Under the pieces are notes generated by a model. It did no database searches and was not told where the DNA came from. It saw only the letters and a program-made list of their open reading frames with translations. The position numbers were made by a program, and so were the translations under genes. Positions 53,982-64,000 of a DNA stretch of 64,000 nt are shown one piece after another (the stretch's first letter is position 1; each line of letters opens with the position of its first letter). The stretch comes from the human T2T-CHM13v2.0 reference genome, Homo sapiens: assembly GCF_009914755.1 (NCBI RefSeq), contig NC_060929.1. One strand, given 5' to 3'.

Positions 53982-54759
53982 CAATCTATTTCTAAAGGCA
54001 AATGTGAAAATTGCCTTTACTGTGTTTATAGTAGAATAGAACTTGGGACTGAAGAAGATTTCTGCTATGTCCTTAATAAGTCACACTGACACCCATGCTG
54101 GCAAATTTCTCTTCTGCTTCTGTCCTGATCACTTACCTTATTTCCAATCTTAGAAAAACACTCAAATTAAAGTCGTAGTAAAAATGGACCTCATGAGAAA
54201 GACTTGTGAAGAAATTGGTTGAAATAGAGGTGACCTATCTGAATGTTATATATATATATATATATACACACACATACACACTCTGCTGAAAATAAGAATA
54301 GGTAAATGCTTTTGGTGGTTTTGTGTTTGCATTTGTGTTTTATTTTATTTCACTTTGGTTTTGTACTTTTTAGACAGGAAAGCGCAGCCGCCATAAAACA
54401 TGTCTCTAGAAGGAAAATACAGAGAAAAAGGATTGGTTTGGGAATATAGATTTTTAGAATTATCTACAATATGAAGTTGATCAAGTTCAGAAAATGTATT
54501 AATGCAAAGTCATACTTATGATATATGAGATACTGAATAAGAAGAGCTGGAGGCACAAAGAGAAACTGAAAATTTACTTAGTAATATGAATGTTTGGCTT
54601 CCATAATTCCAAATGATTTCAACTATTTAGCTGTTCAATTTTGTATACATCATCATATAGGTAAACAAAACAATATTTAAATAAATATATAGCAGGATGT
54701 GGCTCTACTAATGGCCTTTTCTGGACTTGTCAGATTTCTCCTGCCTTTTTGTCATCTAA

Positions 54760-55101
<342 letters not shown>

Positions 55102-55605
55102 CTAAGTCGGCTTTAATAAAGAGGCTTGACCTATGTAGGTGAAACTTTGGAAAACTGGGCCTTGCTTTGACATTATAAACCATTTATATTTTTGGAGCCT
55201 CTTTTTTTTTCTCATTTATAAAACGAGGGACTTACATTAGTTTCTAATACTCTAGCTTTTAAAATATAAACGAAACATGAGATATCCATAATTTAAAAAA
55301 ATCTGGACACAGCCAGCAAAGTAAATATTTAATATTTGGAAACAATAATTATCTTTATAGTGGTAATTTTATGTTGTTCTACTTTTTCCAGATGAATTTA
55401 TTTTTTAATTTTTTAATTACTTTGTTTGACCCTTTTGTATGTACTTTACCCTTCCAGGGGGAAAACAAGGAGAAGAAGAAGAAAAAAATGAGAAGGAAAA
55501 AATAAAGTAAAGCAGTGACGGGAAGAGGAGGGAGAGAGGAAAGAGAACATTTCTTGTCATTTTAATTTTTTAAAATAATCTTCAGTTAAAAGGATGATAA
55601 CTTAC

Positions 55606-55686
55606 TGTTATTCAGTTCTGACCTGAATATAAGCCCAGAGTTAGAAGCTTGAAAAATCCAAACAACAATGTAATTTTGATAAGGAC
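55606..55686 (-). other. Candidate 81-nt symmetric exon (PYQNYIVVWIFQASNSGLIFRSELNN)
   Basis: GCTTTTTAAG acceptor; ACA|GTAAGT donor; a single open frame (phase 1 to 1). Confidence 0.3.
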
Positions 55687-56110
55687 CTTAAAAAGCCATT
55701 GAAAAAAATATGATAAATTATCCCCTTGCAATAATATAGCTTTGGTTTCTGGAGAATTGTTTCTACAGTTGATTTTCGTAATAGATGAACTCATTTGGAG
55801 CTATTTTTCTCTTCCTCTCTTTGCTGAAACTCCAGTTTAAAAGAAAAAACTTTCAGTCAAACTCATTAAAAGTAACACTTTTGTAAAAAATCAGATAGTT
55901 ATCAGTGTTTATTCTTATTGCTCTCTTTCTTATGCATATTTGATTATAATCATCATAGTAATTATCAACTCAAAATGTAGTTATCTGTCTTACCCAGTAT
56001 GTGATACATTTTTGAAAAGAAGAGCTATATTTTGCCCAGTGCCTGGACTAGTAAATAACTTGTTTTCAATCATTATTGAATAAATGAATAGATTACTTGC
56101 TATTTTGGTA

Positions 56111-56621
56111 TACTTTAAACAGACAGGGAAGGTCTCCAGGGATTGAAAGAATTTAATCTCAGCAATCAACCTGTTTTACCCTGTTTTACCCTGTAGGCTG
56201 TTTTTCCCAAATCCTATGTGAAATGCAGTCACCTAGTCAGTTGAAATCAGTTCCTGACAAACCCGAGCCACCTACAGATGAACCTGAGTGAACTTTCTGT
56301 ATTACCATGTTAAGGTTTTCACCCCAGGAGGAGCTATAGCTTCATTACCGTAACATGTGACCTGTGTGCTGGCACAATGACTCACTGCATCTATACAACT
56401 GGGACCCCTCCACTACATGCTGTGATGAATGCTTTTCCCTCTCCATTGTCCATTAAACCCTCCTGTCACTTTTGCTTGGAGAGACACTGCTTTGGAGAAT
56501 ACTCCCAGTGCTCTCCTTACTTGTGCCAAGCAATAAGAGTCCTTTTGTTCAAAACCTGCAATTCTTGTGGAGTGTTATTGTTACTCAGCAGGCCAACAAA
56601 CACCAGTTTTTCAGGTAATCA
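56111..56621 (+). mobile_element. MER67-like solo ERV1 LTR
   Basis: ATGACTCACTGC...GGGACCCCTCC...GAGACACTGCTTTGGAGAATACTCCCAGTG; ends GGTAATCA. Confidence 0.65.
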
Positions 56622-56759
56622 TATCAATAAAATATGCTAGAATTCAGTTTAAATTATTAGGAAAGTAAGATTACAAAAGGTATAGGTTTGGTAATTTGCC
56701 GTTGGCAATAAAGACATATTTGAGGTGTTACACATTTTGATAGTGGTATTTTTAAAAAT

Positions 56760-56921
56760 ATTTATTTATTTACTTATTTTTAGAGAGGAGGTCTTGCTCT
56801 GTCACCCAGACTAGAGTGCAATGAAGCAATCACTGCAGACTTGAACTGCTGGGCTCAAGCAATCCTCCCACCTCTGATTCATGAGTAGCTAGGACTACAG
56901 GCATATGCCAGCACATCTAGC
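56760..56921 (-). mobile_element. Alu monomer (FRAM/FAM-like)
   Basis: single monomer with T-rich tail. Confidence 0.8.
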
Positions 56922-56986
56922 TTTTAGCGTAATTTTTAAAGTAAAATCATATATATTTAATTCTGACTCACCATTTTTAAGATGTT

Positions 56987-59577
<2,591 letters not shown>

Positions 59578-61339
59578 ATGCTACCCTTCATCATTTAAAG
59601 AAATCTAAGAAACTAAGACTATGTGCCTAAACGGAACATATTCTTATGTATTGTCATCAATTCTTAAACTAAAAAGTACAGAAAACCTTCTTTACAAAAT
59701 ACTATTTTTTACAAGAATAAGACAAAACATATATAGTTAACAATGTGTGTATGACTTTAGAAATTTTTTAAATCAGAACTCACATATATAACCAGTCTAA
59801 TCTTTTCTCCTATGTTCATTCACATTATTTACTTTATTGTGTTAATACCCCTTACTGTTTCAGAGCACATAAAGGCATATATGGCAGAAAGAGATGTAAA
59901 GAAAAGAGTAAATTCAATGTCTCAAATGCAAATTAAATTATTAAGACATTTTGTCCCATTATATATTCTTCTTCTTCTTTCAATACCTTAAATTATTATA
60001 GTAAACAAATACTCTTCATTCTGCAATATATAAAGTAATTCATGGGTCCTTAATTCCACACTGACTTAGAAATCCAAAATTTTGAAAAAACTAAGGGTTG
60101 CCTTTTCCCCAGTTAATTAAATTCATGTTGTTTTCTTACTTTTCTCACTCAATTTACTTATTTCTTTTTAATTTCTGTATGAGGAAAAATGTCTCTGCCT
60201 ATTTTTTTCTCTTGAAACAAAAGTCTAATCTCAGATTTTAAATATGTATCACTCACTAACTTCTATGTTACCTTCAATAGAATCTGTACTAGATTTTTAA
60301 GAAATTATGTGGCCATGCATTTGACTATTCAAAACAAAGCTGACCTCTAACCCACTGATTTTGCTTTTGAAACATTATTCTAAAAAAGAAAGTAAACTGG
60401 TAAAAGTAATGTTTTTATAGCTTTGAACTTTAACTTCCGTAAATCTTTATTATTCTCTTCTACTACCTCACTTTCTGTAAATTTTTTGAAAAATCATTAA
60501 AAGTTATCTCATCTCAAAGCCAAAGTAAAAATGCAATAGGAATGATATGAATCCTTCATTTAAGTATAATACTGTTTACTGACTTTGTTGAATAGTACAG
60601 GTTTATTGTTCTACTGAAACCCCAAGCTATTATATTTGACTTTCATTTTATCAAAGAGCAAATGATCACTGAATTTACTGTTTTGATTTATAAAAAGTAC
60701 AGCTATCTTTTTCGATTCTTCAGTATTTTAAGAGTTTTGTGAAAGTGCAAAAAAAAAAAAAAAGCATACAATCCATGGCAAAGTAATTAGCACCTCAAAG
60801 AAGATTAATAAAGATTGTGAATAAATAAGTCATCAAGTAAACACCCTACTATTTACCACATTGGAGTAACTTTTTTAAATTGTCGTTACTTGCTATTTAA
60901 AATATAATCCGATGTAAAATTCTCAAAGAGCAGATGCTTTTAAATATATATCTTTCCCTGTAGTTGGAAATGTTGGCTTTTACCTATTTCCTTTTAAGAG
61001 AATATGTGCTAAATGTGAAATTCTCATAACAAGTGATATGATTATTTGTTTGTAGTGTATCATTTTATGTTGCCTATTTAGTTTCTTCAAGTATTAGGTG
61101 TGTAAAGAGTAAAAAGAAAAAGAAAAGAAAAGCCCATTCATATCTTGTCTGCTAAAAATAGGCTATTCCTATCTCTCTCCAGGAAGAAATCTAGAGAGAA
61201 GCTCTCTAGTTATCAATCAGGTCAATATAGTAAGTATAAATTTGTATCATTATATTGAAAGGTAAAGATATTTTATGACAGATGTAAAATATACTCATCT
61301 TTACTTTAAAAGCATTCATTCAAAGAGGAACAGACCGAG

Positions 61340-64000
61340 AAGTCACAGGAGAACTCTCCAGTTATTGCTTCTTAACAGAAACATCAGTATGACAACTATC
61401 CACACACACAAATAAATTCATAAGAGTTAAGGAAACTAGGTGAAAGATCAAAGTATCTGGTCTTAGCATAATAATAAGATGAGATGCATTAAGCAGGGTA
61501 GAAAGTACAGTTCTGCATTATCCACAACATCCCTGCCCCAATTTTAGGCAGCACAGCATAGAGAGATACACCATCAACTTGGGGGAAGGAAAGTAACCAT
61601 AGGCCTTTGGCTTGGACCCCAACATTGGGCCAGCCACTGAAAAACTCAGCACTGGGCAGAATCCTATAGCTCCTTATACTAGGCCATTACATGTAAAAGA
61701 AGCCACTATATCCTTCCTGGTGCCAAACAGGACTCATGACCCTGGTGAGGCAGGATACATAGTCAAGGAAGTAACCATGTGCTAGGGATGTGGCAACCAT
61801 GGTGACTGTATAATCAACACACTAAGCCTCAGCATTTGCATTATAGTTAATCTCATTCAAGCAAAGCTATCTCCAGAGAGAATTTCCCCGGTAGAGAGAA
61901 TGCACATTTTGATTTTACCTGTCCTTAGTCTGACCCTTTGGTCATTATAATAGTAAAAAACACACCCCTGGGTGGAGAGCAAAGGTGCTACTGAGATGCT
62001 ATATGCAAACAAACATGTACAGCTGCTGTGTGTGTGCACCCAGAGGATCACCCAGCACATGCTTAGTAGTATCACCTCTTCCCACCCACTTATGAATAAT
62101 CATGTAAGGCTCCCATGAAGGGAGTCTCCCCAGTGCCATTTTTTGGTGTCTCATCCTTATGAGCAACAAACCCTGAATCCTCTCTCAGGGTATACTATCT
62201 ATTCTGCACCTAGCTTTCAAAATATTCCTTCTCCTTTGCAATAAATTGCTTTATGCTGTATCTCCTTTGCTGTGTGACTCTTCTTTAAATTCTTTTAAAT
62301 TAAGAAGATAAGAACCAAGGTTTCACAACAGCCATCAACACTGGCACCAGAAGAAGTAGTAACGTGCTTAAAGACGTCACCAGTCAATGTGCCCTGAAAT
62401 TCTGGTCAAGCTGACTGCTAAAAGAGTCTTCCAAATAAAGCCAGATTGTCAAGACTTGATTAGATACCTACATCAATGCACAAAAATTGGCACCTGGATA
62501 CAAGGATCAAGACCAATCAGTGAAAGACAATGTCAACAAGTTCATGTGATAAAGTGCCAGTCACTCACCCTAAAGAGATGGACATAGATGAACTGCCTGA
62601 CAAGTAATTCAAAGTAGTTGTTTTAGGGATGCTCAGTGGACTTCAAAAGAACAAAAAGAAACAGTAATTTTTCAGAAAAAAATGTAACAAAGAAATATAC
62701 CTAATAAAAACAGAAATGCTAGAGCTAAAAATTACAGTGAGCAAAGTGAAAATTACACTAGACAGCATCAATGGCAGAACTGATTAAATGGAGGAAATAA
62801 TTTTTAAACTCAGAGACAGGTTGATTGAAAATACACAGTCAGAGGAGAAAACAGAGAAAATAATTTAAAGGAATAAAAAAGCTTATGGGATTTATGCAAA
62901 ACATAAAAAGAGCAAATTTATGGATCAATCTGATTAAAGGGGAGTAGAGAAAAGAAATGGGTAGGATATTTATTTAAAGAAATAGTATTAGAAAACTTTT
63001 CAAATATAGATAGATATATAAATATCCAGGTACAGAAAGGGCAAGGGCCTCCAATAAGATTCAATCCAAATAAGACTACCTCATGACATTATAATCAAAA
63101 TATCACAGATCCCAGGCAAAGACAGAATTTTGAAAGAAGCAAAAGAAAAAAAGCAAACATACTAGGGAGTCCCAGTATGCCCAGTAGCAGGCTTCTTAGT
63201 CAAAACTTCACAGTCCAGGAAACAATGGGATAATATACTTAAACTGTTCTTCAGAAATAAAGGAGAGGTAAAGACTTGAATAAACAAAATCTGAAGGAGT
63301 TAATCACCTCTAAACCTGTATTATAAGAAATGCTAAAGGAAATTCTTCAAGACGAAAGAAAAGGATGCTAGTAAGTAACATAACATCTGAAAGTATGTAA
63401 CTTACTGGTGAAAGTACTTAGTCAAATTATGAATATACTAATAATCTCATTGTTGTGTGTAAATCACTTATATCTTTAGCATGAAAACTGAAAGACAAAA
63501 CTTTTAAAAATAATAACTGCAACAATTTGCTGAGAGGTATGTAGCATAAAAAGATATAAATTACGACATGAAAAATGCAGGACTCAGGAAGTGGAGTTAA
63601 AAAGTAGAGCTTACTCTCACTTAAAAAAAGTTGCAATCAGAGTTGTCATTCGTTTGAAATAACCTTTTATAACTAAACTTTTTGCAATCCTCATTGTAAC
63701 CACAAAACCAAAACATGAAATAAATGCACTGAAAATAAAAAGCAAGGAATCAAAACATACTACTAGAGAAAATCACTTAACCATAATGGAAGACAGTAAG
63801 GAAGAAACAAAGAGAGAATCATATGCAAGACAATTAGAAAACCAATAACAAAATTAGAGTAGCAAGTCCTTACCTATCAATAATTTGAATGTAAGTAGAT
63901 TAAATTTTTCAACTAAGACATACGGTGGCTGAATGGATTTAAAAAATAAATAAGCCAGTTATATATACTGCCTAAAAGAGAGTCACTTTACCTGTAAAGA
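61340..64000 (+). mobile_element. L1M3/L1MA-type LINE-1 5' part (5'UTR, ORF1, start of ORF2), runs off the window
   Basis: GAACTGCCTGACAAGTAATTCAAA; ATATCCAGGTACAG; GAAATGCTAAAGG; ORF2 start region TCCTTACCTATCAATAAT...GGCTGAATGGATT. Confidence 0.85.
61746..62340 (+). mobile_element. MER66-like solo ERV1 LTR inside the L1 5'UTR
   Basis: TGAGGCAGGATA...GTCAAGGAAGTAACCATG ... AATAAA ... CAGCCATCAACA; 4-bp TSD CTGG. Confidence 0.8.

Noticed and set aside
61191-61209. 8-bp hairpin CTAGAGAG-AAG-CTCTCTAG
   Set aside because: Short enough to arise by chance in 64 kb, with no supporting context.

Overview
AT-rich, CpG-depleted primate (human-like) genomic DNA, roughly 60-70% interspersed repeats by eye. 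Positions 1-34 kb and 61-64 kb are stacks of decayed L1s (L1MA/L1M/L1ME/L1PA) with nested Alus, LTRs and DNA transposons. At 29.8-32.3 kb there is a decayed ERVL-class provirus that pairs a class III RT (YIDD) with a gamma-type env TM and ends in an LTR47-like LTR. At 57.0-59.6 kb there is a complete THE1A MaLR. The 36.6-56 kb interval is largely unique and holds several CpG-retaining segments and candidate exons on both strands, including a possible 3' end of a minus-strand coding gene (46.3-46.0 kb) that I cannot name. There is no intact long ORF, CRISPR array or prokaryotic system. All subfamily names come from recalled consensus sequences, not from a search, and boundaries of old elements are approximate.
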